Part shown: piece after piece, positions 18,649 through 28,835 of the stretch | How positions within the stretch are numbered: position 1 is the stretch's first letter | Layout of the letters: the number at the start of each line of letters is the position of its first letter | Origin: an uncultured delta proteobacterium | GTDB lineage: Bacteria > Desulfobacterota > RBG-13-43-22 | NCBI GenBank assembly: GCA_963790475.1 | Contig: CAWBOS010000013.1 | Span: 192,001-256,000, forward strand | Direction of reading: 5' to 3' | Length of the DNA: 64,000 nucleotides | Notes under the pieces: generated by a model | Databases searched by the model: none | Seen by the model: the letters and a program-made list of their open reading frames with translations, nothing else | Told to the model about the DNA's origin: nothing | Position numbers and translations under genes: made by a program

Positions 18649-20259
18649 TTATGGTCGGACACTCCGCTTCGGACCCGCATTTCTCTTCAGGTATGGCTGA
18701 GCCGCCTTGATGAATTTACAGATTATCGATCTGGTATCCCGGGGGTCGATGATATCGATTACATCGCCGGCCTCGGCAGCCCGGAAGGGGGAGCGAACCC
18801 CGATTAACCTATCCTCCAGTTCCCGACGCTTGGCTTCGGGATCGGGGGAAGATTCAATCTCCCTGCGGTAGGCGGCGGCAACCCCTCCCTCCACTGGAAT
18901 TGCTCCCCATTCCCCACTGGGCCAGCCAAAACGCAGGTGGAGGGACATCATGCCCCCGACACTGGAGAAGGCGTCTCCCCCCATGCCGTAGGATTTCCGC
19001 ACGGCAATATGGACCTTAGGAACGGTCGCTTCCTGCGCAGCCATGACGGCTGCCATACCATATCGCAAAGTACCTCCCCTTTCCGACTCTTCCCCGATCA
19101 TAAAACCAGGCACATCCACCAGAAGGATCACCGGAATGTTGAAACAGTTGCAGATATCAATAAAACGTTCCATTTTCTGAGAAGACTTTCCTTCCAGGGC
19201 TCCGGCCAATTTCATCGGATTGCTGGCCAGAATCCCCACCACATAACCGTCCATCCGGGCCAGGACTGTTATGAGCGAAGAGCCATAATGTTTGCGCAGC
19301 TCGAAAAATTCACCCCGGTCAACGAGTAGGCTTATGACCTTGTACATGTCATAGGCTTTTTTACGGTCGATGGGCACGATCCTCAACAATTCTTCCGCCC
19401 GACGGTTCGGATCATCCCCGGTCTCTTTCCGGGCCGGCACCTCATAGACATTATTAGGCATATAACTGAGGAACTCTCGGATTTAGCGAAAGCAGTCCTC
19501 TTCATCCGCGGCTTCGTTATCAATGACGCCGGATTCCCGGGTGTGAATCCTGGTGCCCCCCAGGTCGTCTTTTTCTATTTCTTTGCTCAGAGCCCTGGAA
19601 ACGACGGGAGGGCCGGCGGGAAATATCTGCCCGCTTCCTTTGACCATAATGGAAAAATGTGAAAGGACCGCCCGGGCCGCCACGTGGCCGGCGCAGGAGC
19701 CCATCACGGCCGATATCACCGGCGCTTTCTGCAGCAGTTGCACATCTCCCCACCATAAGGTTGTTCCCGGAGGCAGAAACATCCGCCCTCTATCTTCGTA
19801 GCTTGCGGCGCTGGCGCCCGCGCCGTCACAGAGTTGGATCAGCGGGATGCCGTACTGCTGGGACATGGGCTGGGTAAAAAAACGCGCATCCTTATGGATT
19901 CCCGCAGGACTGCCACCGCTGATCGTGAAGTCTTCCCCTCCCACGGTAACCAGCCGCCCGTCGATTTCGGCCAGCCCTAAAACGAAAGCGGCCGGAGTGA
20001 AGCCGGTCAGATTCCCCTCCCCGTCGTATTGTCCTTTGCCCATCAAGGATCCGACCTCCATGAAAGTGCCCTTGTCCACCAGCTTTTCAATACGTTCCCG
20101 TATGGTCAGTTTCCTCTGGCTGTGATGGCGGGCAATTCGTTCCTTTCCTCCCATTCGTTTGGCAACTTCTCGGCGCTTTTCCAACTCCTCAATCGCCACC
20201 TCCCATCCCATGCCCGGCTTCCAGGTGGCGATTTTTCTGAATTCATCATCTTTCTTCAT
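18649..20259 (-). pseudogene. Acyl-CoA carboxylase carboxyltransferase (PccB/MccB-like) split by one in-frame TAA
   Basis: Reads EDCFR*IREFLSYMPNN across 19483-19485; both halves are in the same frame. Confidence 0.85.
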
Positions 20260-20465
20260 TACGAATCCTCCATTTATTAAGTTTCAATTTACCTGATCGA
20301 TCCGGAATCGATTTTATCTTTAAAAAACCATTTTTTCATCAAATAAATTATGCTCCTCCCATTATCAAAAGAGTGAATCGAAAAATCGAAGGGTTGCATC
20401 TTTTATCTAAATTTTGTGATATTATGTCTAAACCTAAAAAATCTAAAAAGAGAAAGGAGATGTTC

Positions 20466-21257
20466 ATGGCCTTTTCAGGAAGCGAGGTTGTATTATATGA
20501 GAAACGAGACAGAAAAGCCTATATCACCTTAAACCGTCCGGAAGCAATGAACGCCCTGAATAGTGCGGTGAGACAGGGCTTGCAGGAAGCGATCCTTGAT
20601 CTTCGGGATGATGACAATATCCTCGTGGGTATCGTCACCGGGGCCGGCGGACGTGCCTTTTCAGCAGGGATGGATCTGAAACAGCGGGCGCAATCAAACC
20701 AAACCGCAGGCCCCTCCAGGGAAGTCCCAACGGCAGATAATCGATGGACGGAATTAGGGGTCTGGAAACCGATAATCGCAGCCATCGACGGATACTGCCT
20801 GGCAGGCGGTTTGGAGCTCTCACTGCAATGCGACATTCGCATAGCAACAAAGCAATCCCAATTCGGCCTTCCCGAGCCGCGCCGAAGCCTCCTGGCTGGA
20901 TATGGTCTGCATAACCTGTCCCGTATGATCCCCTTGGGTCACGCCCTTTATATCCAACTCACCGGCAGTCCTGTTACAGCAGAAACCGCCGAAAAATGGG
21001 GGATCATTCAGGAAATTGTACCTGACAGGGCTGCCCTCATGGAGCGGGTAGAGCAAATCGCAGATGATATCATGCAGTGCGCCCCTCTCGCCGTTCAGGC
21101 GATAAAGCAGATCGTTATGCAAGGACGGAACCTGCCGGTCGAATACAGCCTGAAACTGGCACAACCCATCAGCCAAAAGATCGCCAAGACTGAAGACCGA
21201 TTAGAGGGACCGAGGGCTTTTGCTGAAAAACGCAAACCTGTCTGGAAAATGCGCTGA
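20466..21257 (+). CDS. Enoyl-CoA hydratase/isomerase
   Basis: ITLNRPEAMNA, AFSAGMDL, KPIIAAIDGYCLAGGLE and FGLPE. Confidence 0.92.
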   Translation: MAFSGSEVVLYEKRDRKAYITLNRPEAMNALNSAVRQGLQEAILDLRDDDNILVGIVTGAGGRAFSAGMDLKQRAQSNQTAGPSREVPTADNRWTELGVWKPIIAAIDGYCLAGGLELSLQCDIRIATKQSQFGLPEPRRSLLAGYGLHNLSRMIPLGHALYIQLTGSPVTAETAEKWGIIQEIVPDRAALMERVEQIADDIMQCAPLAVQAIKQIVMQGRNLPVEYSLKLAQPISQKIAKTEDRLEGPRAFAEKRKPVWKMR

Positions 21258-21405
21258 GATCTCTCTCCCTCCGCACGGTGCAAACTGAGACTCAAGAGAA
21301 AGACCCAACGAACAAAAGGGCTGGAGTCAGGTCTATTTTCTTAACATTGTTTCTTTTATTCGCTTAATTCGACTTTGCATTGAAGCACCTCTGCGGTAAA
21401 AATCT

Positions 21406-21618
21406 TTGCCGGGGTGGGCCTGTTTTATTTCCGATGAAGTTTATAAAGATTTGATTTATGAGCGGGAAAATTACCTTCTGGAAGGAGAAAAAGTAATTAC
21501 GCTTAATTCTTTTTCTAAAACTTTTGCGATGTGCGGATTTCGGGTGGGCTATGTTTATGCCCGAGAGCAAGATTTAATTCAAAAAATAAGATCTTTTAAT
21601 TGCCAAAATTACTTATAG
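21406..21618 (+). pseudogene. Internal fragment of a class I/II aminotransferase
   Basis: ISDEVY and NSFSKTFAMCGFRVGY (PLP-Lys motif); both ends missing. Confidence 0.75.
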
Positions 21619-21621
21619 AAC

Positions 21622-22209
21622 ATGTGTAACATTCGAGAGGCGACAGATCAGGACACAGCAGCCATTGCATTGCTGATCACCCAACTCGGCTATGAAACAA
21701 CCGAAGACAAGATGCGGAATCGGATGCAGTGCATAGGCGCCGACACTCGGTATGTAAGCCTTGTGGCATCGAACGAGAAAAGCGTCATGGGCTTTCTCGG
21801 CCTAGCCTTCGGATTGTACTACGAATACAACGGGATTTACGCCCGGATAGTTGCTTTGTCGGTTGCGCCAGAGTCGCAGGGTGAAGGCGTCGGAAGAAAA
21901 TTGATTGCGGCGGCAGAAGAGATCGCGAAGGCCAGAGGCGCGATTACATTCATTGTCAATTCAGGTTTGCAGCGAGCCGAAGCGCATAAATTCTATGAAG
22001 GACTCGGATTCCTATGGAAGGGGAAGGCATTCTACGAAGCACTTGGGACTGCCGAACCAATAAGGATTGAGACGATCGCGCGGACAGACCGCGCTCCGGC
22101 TGAATGGCGGCATTATGCTCACCTTCAACCAGTAATCATCTTTTTTCTGTTCATTCCCTGTTCAACAGTTGTAGGTCAAGTCCCAATCAGGCTTATGGGA
22201 CACTCCTGA
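21622..22209 (+). CDS. GNAT acetyltransferase; domain ends near 22045 and the tail reads through an attC-like site
   Basis: QGEGVGRKL and NSGLQRAEAHKFYEGLGF. Confidence 0.85.
   Translation: MCNIREATDQDTAAIALLITQLGYETTEDKMRNRMQCIGADTRYVSLVASNEKSVMGFLGLAFGLYYEYNGIYARIVALSVAPESQGEGVGRKLIAAAEEIAKARGAITFIVNSGLQRAEAHKFYEGLGFLWKGKAFYEALGTAEPIRIETIARTDRAPAEWRHYAHLQPVIIFFLFIPCSTVVGQVPIRLMGHS
22051..22118 (+). other. Degenerate integron attC-like site
   Basis: GCCGAAC...ATTGAGACG-ATCGCGCGG-ACAGA-CCGCGC-TC-CGGCTGAAT...ATTATGC: R''/L''/hairpin/L'/R' layout with mismatches. Confidence 0.4.
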
Positions 22210-22245
22210 AACGGTAAAGGCAGAAATTGGATCTGAGAACAAGAG

Positions 22246-24224
22246 GTAGAGTAGAGAGCTGGAACCTGACTGGTGCCACTTTTGGTCTTTCCGATGCACG
22301 CATCTACTACGAGCTATAGTGGTCAGCCGGGGCCAGCCCTCCCTCATCAAACCGTGCATGCGGTTTTCCCGCACACGGCTTTCCGATGTCCTTCACCGCA
22401 GGGCATGCGCTTTGTCCAGCCCGCCGAAGTCGGCACCTTGTAGAGACCGTACTTCTCGTATAGCGCCCTTCGTTTGAACCTGAGATACCCCATCTTTCTA
22501 TCTCTGACCTTGTGCCGCTTTCGCAGGTGTGTGATCAACCGCTCTTCCACATGCCCCCGTATCCGAGCCAGTGTGGTACTGCAATTGCGGTAATGAAAGT
22601 AGCCGACCCATCCCCGCACGGTGGCGTTAACTTCATTCACCACCCACTCGATAGGCATAATGGTTCGGGATCGATCCGTAATTGCCGTCACTCGGTCTTT
22701 GATAGATTGTATGGCTTTCTTTGAAGGTTGGACGTGAGGGTAGTACTTCCCCGTTCTATTGCTCCGTCCCATCCGGATCGTATATCCAAGGAAGTTGTAA
22801 CTCCCTTTGTAGGCATTGACGGTCTTCGTCTTGGCCTCGTTCAGGGTAAGCCCCAGTTTCGCCAGTATCCGTCGCAGCATCTGCATCGGGCGTTCGGTTC
22901 CGCACCGGCAGAGGACAACAATATCGTCCGCATAGCGCACGATCCGTGCCCCGAGTTTCTTCTCCAACTGATGCCGTTCCCATATCCTGTCCATTAGATG
23001 CAGGTACAGGTTCGCCAATATTGGTGAGATTACCCCCCCTTGCGGGGTGCCTTGACGGTTTTCCTTGCCACCGCCGATGTTCTTTTTCTTTCCATCCTGG
23101 TCCACTTCCATGACCGGGGCTTTGAGCCACATCTTGATGATGCGCAATATCTCACCATCACTGATCCGCTCGGCAACTACAGCCAGGAGGTTGGCGTGGG
23201 GAATGGTATCGAAGTATTTGCTCAGATCGGCGTCGATGATCTCCGTGTACCCTCTATGCATGGCCGAGGCTACATCATCAACGGCGTCGTGGGCTGACTT
23301 CCTGGGCCTAAACCCGTATGAGCTGTCGCAAAAGTCTGCTTCAAAGATCGGTTCGATGACCAGCTTTACGGCCATCTGGGCTACCCGGTCCCGTATCGTC
23401 GGTATACCCAATGGCCTTTTGTCACCGTTGGCCTTGGGTATCATCACCCGCTTTACCGGGTCCGGTCGATAAGTCTTGCTCTTCAGTGCTTCTTCCAACT
23501 CCGCCATAAAGGCGGTTATCCCTTCTTCCGTCTCGATAGCCTCAAAGGTAACTCCGTCTATTCCGGCGCTCCCTTTATTGGCCCGGACAAGACTGTAGGC
23601 ATGACTGAGAATGTCCGCCCGGTACACCTTGTCATATAAGGCGTAGAAACGATAGGCTTTCTCCTGCTTGGCCTTCCGGTAGAGCTTCCTCTGTAGTGTC
23701 CTGATACTTTCCGGGGTTGTTAGCATCGCTGCAATCCCCTCTCCCTCCACTCTTCGGTTACTTGAACAAAGCAGGGTCCCTTCCCTCGGGCCGGGTTTTG
23801 TTGTCCCTTGCCCTCAAGCGGTACTATGAACCCCTCCGACTCCCGATACGGCCCAATACGATTTCGTCTCCTTATACGTATCGGTTGATGTTCCTCTTCC
23901 ATCACCTCATCGGGTCTCCAGCACTGGACTGTTTATCTTCCACCGCATGCCGTCCTTGCTACCCCGGAAGATCTCAAAGGCTGCTTCCGTTTTCCAAGCC
24001 CTTAACATCGGCCTTCCCCATATGTCCACTGGGTCGGCATCTTCACTTTATATTTACGAGGCTACCTATTGGTTCATTTCCATTACGGCCTGTGGCTTTG
24101 CCAATTGGGAACTTACGACCCCCGGTTACCCGAACGCCGCTCCCTTGATCTACCGGGGTGAACGGACAACTCCCCGGACGGGACTTTAACCCGTAAGTGT
24201 AAACAGTTGTTACTGCGTACGGAC
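22246..24224 (-). mobile_element. Group II intron
   Basis: Domain V GAAAGCCGTGTGCGGGAAAACCGCATGCACGGTTTG; 3' end CTACTCTAC at 22246; 5' end GTCCG/GTACG at 24224 or 24220 (approximate). Confidence 0.9.
22347..23726 (-). CDS. ltrA: Group II intron reverse transcriptase/maturase, no endonuclease domain
   Basis: RPLGIPTIRDR, SYGFRP, GTPQGGVISP, YADD and GWVGYF. Confidence 0.95.
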   Translation of the reverse strand: MLTTPESIRTLQRKLYRKAKQEKAYRFYALYDKVYRADILSHAYSLVRANKGSAGIDGVTFEAIETEEGITAFMAELEEALKSKTYRPDPVKRVMIPKANGDKRPLGIPTIRDRVAQMAVKLVIEPIFEADFCDSSYGFRPRKSAHDAVDDVASAMHRGYTEIIDADLSKYFDTIPHANLLAVVAERISDGEILRIIKMWLKAPVMEVDQDGKKKNIGGGKENRQGTPQGGVISPILANLYLHLMDRIWERHQLEKKLGARIVRYADDIVVLCRCGTERPMQMLRRILAKLGLTLNEAKTKTVNAYKGSYNFLGYTIRMGRSNRTGKYYPHVQPSKKAIQSIKDRVTAITDRSRTIMPIEWVVNEVNATVRGWVGYFHYRNCSTTLARIRGHVEERLITHLRKRHKVRDRKMGYLRFKRRALYEKYGLYKVPTSAGWTKRMPCGEGHRKAVCGKTACTV

Positions 24225-24368
24225 AGCATATTTATTAATGAAATGGAAATGAAAAAGATTACTGAATCCCGTAAACAACGCCCCTCACTTTCGCGGGACC
24301 TTTTGGGAAAATCAGACTGAAGATGGAAAAGCCGGAAGAGGCGAGGCCACGCCCTGATCGCGAAGAGC

Positions 24369-24815
24369 CTATCGTACGCCGCACACGGCATTATATGTGA
24401 ACATCAATAGAGAATTATCAGCGATGGGGATCCACTCTTTCACGGTGGAATTATCCTGAGACGTTAAGAGGTTATCCAGATCGTCATAGGTATTCTCCGA
24501 GAGGAAATTAACTCTTTTCGACGAACAGTTTATCTCTATGCGGCTGATGAAATACCGGAGTTCATTCCATCCCGCAGCAGACAATCCCGCGTCGCGTCTT
24601 TCCTTGATAAATTTTTGCTTTACGGCATCGTATTCAAAAAAGGTTTTCGTGTCCACTTTGATCTTTCCATTATAATCGGAGGTGATGCTGTCTCTGTCAT
24701 AGTAATAGTCCACACCGCCCTGGGAATAGACTGATATCCAGTCTGCAGCGATGGCACTTGAAAAGGTCCCACAAATCACAAAAAAGGTGACCGACATCAG
24801 GGTAATGAACTTCAT
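24369..24815 (-). CDS. Secreted surface-adhesin-E-like protein
   Basis: Signal peptide, ADW, YYDRDSI, EINC, W.PI...AVC; RBS AGGGGG. Confidence 0.7.
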   Translation of the reverse strand: MKFITLMSVTFFVICGTFSSAIAADWISVYSQGGVDYYYDRDSITSDYNGKIKVDTKTFFEYDAVKQKFIKERRDAGLSAAGWNELRYFISRIEINCSSKRVNFLSENTYDDLDNLLTSQDNSTVKEWIPIADNSLLMFTYNAVCGVR

Positions 24816-25159
24816 TTCCCGATCCCCCCTTGAACATGGATAGCGAGCGCATTCTGTTCAGGCTAAATGCCTGACTTAAAAATTAGCGAGCGAACCTACA
24901 AAGAATTACCCCTCCATTGAGGAAAAGTATATTCTTAATTATTGTAATCCAAATTATCTTCATAAATCAAGGGCTATTTCCCCGCCCGTTTCATCCAAAA
25001 GGGAAATCGGTTTCGATCTCAAAAAAAAGCAGGCCCGATATGGCAGAAAAGGGTCCGTCCTCATGGATGGAAAAGAGATTAATCAGCATCTTTAAGGAAA
25101 CAATCGAGGAAATTCCAAGACAAGGGTATTAAAGGCGAACCGGCGCAGAAGGGCAGCAG

Positions 25160-25384
25160 AGGATAAATTTGTTCGAGGAGATAGGAGACCAAGCTTTTTC
25201 CAGCAGGGGTTATTTATGGTTAGGTGAGGTCTATGCTGAGTCGGGGCGTAAGGAAGAGGCGCTGGAAAATCTTAAAAAGACCGAGACCATGTTCCGGAAG
25301 ACGGGCATGGATAACTGGCCGGCCAAGGCGCATAAGGCGCGGCGATTTTGTAAAGAAGAGGACCAATGGCCGGATCAGAAGTAG
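25160..25384 (+). pseudogene. C-terminal TPR remnant of an adenylate cyclase-AAA-TPR type gene
   Basis: GYLWLGEVYAESGRKEEALENLKKTETMFRKTGMDNW. Confidence 0.6.
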
Positions 25385-25565
25385 CCTGGCCTTTTTTTGC
25401 ACATTTCGAATGGTAATTAATAAAGATTCTTCAAAGAATCGGGGCAGCCCGATTTTTTTTGACGAATTCCCCGGGAGACGTTATTATAGAGACCATAGTA
25501 TCGGACCATTGGTTCTCTCTGGTCGGGGATAGGAGAGCATTTATAAATGAAAGGAGAACCTGTCT

Positions 25566-26924
25566 GTGAATTCCTTTAAATCCAGGGCATCTCAAAAAAA
25601 GAAAAAAACTTTCTTTCTCGTGACCCTCGGTCTTGGCCTTTTAATCATTTCCGATTTTTCCTTCGCTAAGGATGCCACGTTGCTCTTTCAACAAGGGCAA
25701 TCTTTAGCAAAACAGGGGAAATATAAAGAGGCCCTGGCTGCTTTCGACCAGGCCATCGAATTAAACCCGGAGAATCCATATCCCTATATCATTGCCAGGG
25801 GGAATATTAAATTTCAGCAGGGCGACTTGAAGGGAGCCCTGGATGATTTTAACCAGGCCATCGAATTAGACCCCAAAAATCCATATCCCTATATTTTCAA
25901 AGGGAATATTAAATTTCAGCAAAGGGACCTGGGGGGGGCCCTGGTTGCTTTAGACCAGGCCATCGAATTAGATCCCAAGAATCCCTATCCCTATATTGTC
26001 GAGGGGGATATTAAATTTCAACTGGGGGCCCTGAATGGAGCCCTGGTTGCTTTCGACCAGGCCATTCAATTAGACCCCAGGAATCCCTATCCCTATGCTA
26101 TGGGAGGGCATATTAAATTTAAGCAAGGGGACCTGAAAGGAGCCCTGGCTGACTTTAACCAATCCATAAAACTAAACCCCAAGAATCCGTTTCCCTATGC
26201 CAACAGGGGGCATATTAAGTCTCAGCAGGGGGACCTGAAAGGAGCCCTGAATGATTATAACCGGGCCATCGATTTAAACCCCAATGATTCGGTTTCCCAT
26301 CATGCCAGAGGGGTTATTAAATTTCAGCAGGAAGACCTGAAGGGAGCCCTGGTAGATTTTAATCGGGCCATCGATTTAAACCCAAATAATTCGATTTCCT
26401 ATTTCAACAGGGGGGGTGTTAAAGTTAAGGAGGGGGACCTGAAGGGAGCCCTGACCGATTTTAACCGGGCCATCGATTTAGACCCAAACGATCCGGTCTC
26501 CCGTCATGCCCGAGGGGTTATTAAATTTCAGCAGGAGGATCTGGAGGGAGCTCTGGCTGATTTTAACCGATCCACCGATTTAAGCCCAAATAATCCCGCT
26601 CTCTATTTCTTAAAGGGGGCTGTTAAAGAACAGCAGGGAGATCTGAAGGGAGCCCTGGCTGACTTCCAAGAAAGTCGCGAATTAAAACCAGATGATCCTG
26701 AAGTCCTTAAGCAGATCGAGGCCCTCAAAAAAGAGATGGCCGAAGGTCCCAAAGGCCGTCAACAGATCGAGGACATTGATGACCAGGAAGAGGTGGCCGA
26801 AGGTCCCAAAGCCCGTCAAGAAAAAACAGCCGCAAGAAAAACCCTGAAACCGAAGAGAAAAGCGCCTTTTTCATTGGAGCTTGCCGATCTGATGAAATAT
26901 TTTCCCGCTTTTGGGCCTAGATAA
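25566..26924 (+). CDS. Secreted TPR protein with about 10 tandem repeats
   Basis: 34-aa/102-bp period (GDLKGAL.DFN.AI.L.P); signal-like N-terminus. Confidence 0.9.
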   Translation: MNSFKSRASQKKKKTFFLVTLGLGLLIISDFSFAKDATLLFQQGQSLAKQGKYKEALAAFDQAIELNPENPYPYIIARGNIKFQQGDLKGALDDFNQAIELDPKNPYPYIFKGNIKFQQRDLGGALVALDQAIELDPKNPYPYIVEGDIKFQLGALNGALVAFDQAIQLDPRNPYPYAMGGHIKFKQGDLKGALADFNQSIKLNPKNPFPYANRGHIKSQQGDLKGALNDYNRAIDLNPNDSVSHHARGVIKFQQEDLKGALVDFNRAIDLNPNNSISYFNRGGVKVKEGDLKGALTDFNRAIDLDPNDPVSRHARGVIKFQQEDLEGALADFNRSTDLSPNNPALYFLKGAVKEQQGDLKGALADFQESRELKPDDPEVLKQIEALKKEMAEGPKGRQQIEDIDDQEEVAEGPKARQEKTAARKTLKPKRKAPFSLELADLMKYFPAFGPR

Positions 26925-27119
26925 TTCCGGCAAAAAGCCGGTTTCTTCAGACCAAGGCACGACCTATAGGCCCTCGAGTTACCCGTTAAAAAGCAACTTT
27001 TGCTTTCCTTTGGTGATTCATGCAAGAATCTCGTTGTTAAAGGATGGAAGCGGCGGAGATTTTTCTATAAGGATTAACAAAATCTACCCTGCTGAATACC
27101 AAAAGATAGGGAGAAAAAC

Positions 27120-28754
27120 ATGGCCTTGAAAACCCCTCAAACGATCGAAACCGATGTCCTGATTCTTGGCAGTGGGGCCGCAGGACTAAGAGCAGCCATA
27201 GAGGCCAGAAAACTCGGGGTCGAGGTTTTGCTGGTCTCTAAATCCAAGATCGGGCTGGGCAACAATACGGCCATATCCGGCAGCGGTATTGCCGCGGGCA
27301 CGGGCTGGAGGGACCCTGCAGATTCTCCGGCTCAACATTTCAAAGATACCATTATCGGCGGAAGATACATGAGTAACCAGCGTTTGGTAGAGGTAATGAC
27401 CCGAGAGATCGGACAGGAGGTACTGGAACTGGAAAGCTTAGGGGTTCGATTCAGAAAGCAGGGAGAAACCTTTCATATGGCACTCATGGCCGGACATACC
27501 CATCCCAGAAACGTTTTTGGTGATACGGCGGCCGGCACCGATCTGACTTTACCCTTGCGGAATTACGCAATCGACAAAGGTATTGCCCATAGATCAGGGG
27601 TGCTGATTACCGGGCTCCTGGTCACAGGAAAGGAAGCGATCGGGGCTGTCGGTCTGGATGAGGCCGGCGGTATTTATATTTTCAAGGCCCGGTCGATCGT
27701 TTTGGCCTCTGGCGGAGCGGGGCAAATTTATCTCCGAACCAGCAATGCAGCGGGCTCCACCGGCGATGGATATGTGCTGGCCCTTGATGCCGGGGTCCCT
27801 ATGGTGGATATGGAGTTTGTCCAGTTTTCTATTTCCGGCCCCAACACGGAAATGTTTTGCGCCAGGGAGGGGGCGGTCATTCGAAATGCCCTGGGGGAGA
27901 ATATTCTGGAAAAGTACGACCTAAGCGATCCGCTCAGGATGACCCGGGATGCCGTCTCCAGGGCTATTATGCTGGAAATTCAGGCCGGTCGTTCCGATGA
28001 TGGAGAAACCCTCACCCTGGACACCACGACCATTGATGCCGGGCGGTTTGAGAAATTACGCGTTCTATTGCCCAAAAACACCCCGGCGGACAAAAGGCAT
28101 TTTCCTATCGGCCTTTTTTCCCATTTCTCTATGGGTGGGGCGAAAATCAATGAACGGACGGAAACCGGGATAGATCGTCTTTACGCGGCCGGAGAAGTCT
28201 GTGCCGGTGTCAATGGTGCAAACCGGCTGGGAGGCAATGCCCTGGCCGAGACTTTTGTTTTTGGGAAAATAGCCGGTCAGATGGCGGCTCAAAGGGCCCG
28301 AGTAGAAAAAAAAGCGCCTGAGGGGCGCAAAGAAGCCGTCCAAGAGGTGGACCGACTCAGGGCCATGGCCTCCTTGGACGGAGGGGAAGAGGTCAAAGAA
28401 ATGAGGGGTCTTCTGAAAACCACCCTATGGAACAAAGCAGGAATTATAAGAAATGAAGAAGGACTTCAGGCCGCTCTGGGTGAAATCACCGATCTGAAAG
28501 CACGTTTTAAAAAGATATCCCTTAACCGTGACCAGGATCTTTCCGAGGCCCTCAAACTGGAGAACATGTTAAAGGTCTCGGACATGGTGGTGCAATCCGC
28601 CCTTCTCAGGACCGAGAGCAGAGGCGCCCATTACCGGTCTGATTTTCCGAAGGAGGACAACAACCTCTGGCTCAAAAACATCGAAATTTCAAAAAGAGAT
28701 GGACCCCTTTCGCTCCGAACAGTCCCTGCAGATCTTTCCAGAATGGCCCCTTAA
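27120..28754 (+). CDS. SdhA/FrdA/NadB-superfamily flavoprotein, stand-alone
   Basis: GSGAAG, STGDG, MEFVQF, HFSMGG, GANRLGGNAL and ESRGAHYR. Confidence 0.9.
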   Translation: MALKTPQTIETDVLILGSGAAGLRAAIEARKLGVEVLLVSKSKIGLGNNTAISGSGIAAGTGWRDPADSPAQHFKDTIIGGRYMSNQRLVEVMTREIGQEVLELESLGVRFRKQGETFHMALMAGHTHPRNVFGDTAAGTDLTLPLRNYAIDKGIAHRSGVLITGLLVTGKEAIGAVGLDEAGGIYIFKARSIVLASGGAGQIYLRTSNAAGSTGDGYVLALDAGVPMVDMEFVQFSISGPNTEMFCAREGAVIRNALGENILEKYDLSDPLRMTRDAVSRAIMLEIQAGRSDDGETLTLDTTTIDAGRFEKLRVLLPKNTPADKRHFPIGLFSHFSMGGAKINERTETGIDRLYAAGEVCAGVNGANRLGGNALAETFVFGKIAGQMAAQRARVEKKAPEGRKEAVQEVDRLRAMASLDGGEEVKEMRGLLKTTLWNKAGIIRNEEGLQAALGEITDLKARFKKISLNRDQDLSEALKLENMLKVSDMVVQSALLRTESRGAHYRSDFPKEDNNLWLKNIEISKRDGPLSLRTVPADLSRMAP

Positions 28755-28835
28755 CCTTCCAACATCTTTTCCGATAGTAAGGCTTAAGGACCTCGACCAA
28801 GGAAAACATCCCTAATAAAAGAGAGGAGCTCGAAT

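Noticed and set aside
22051-22260. attC-targeting class C intron
   Set aside because: The intron end lies about 130 bp from the attC-like site, not inside it
25730-26700. CRISPR array
   Set aside because: The 102-bp period is coding TPR sequence; no unique spacers and no cas genes
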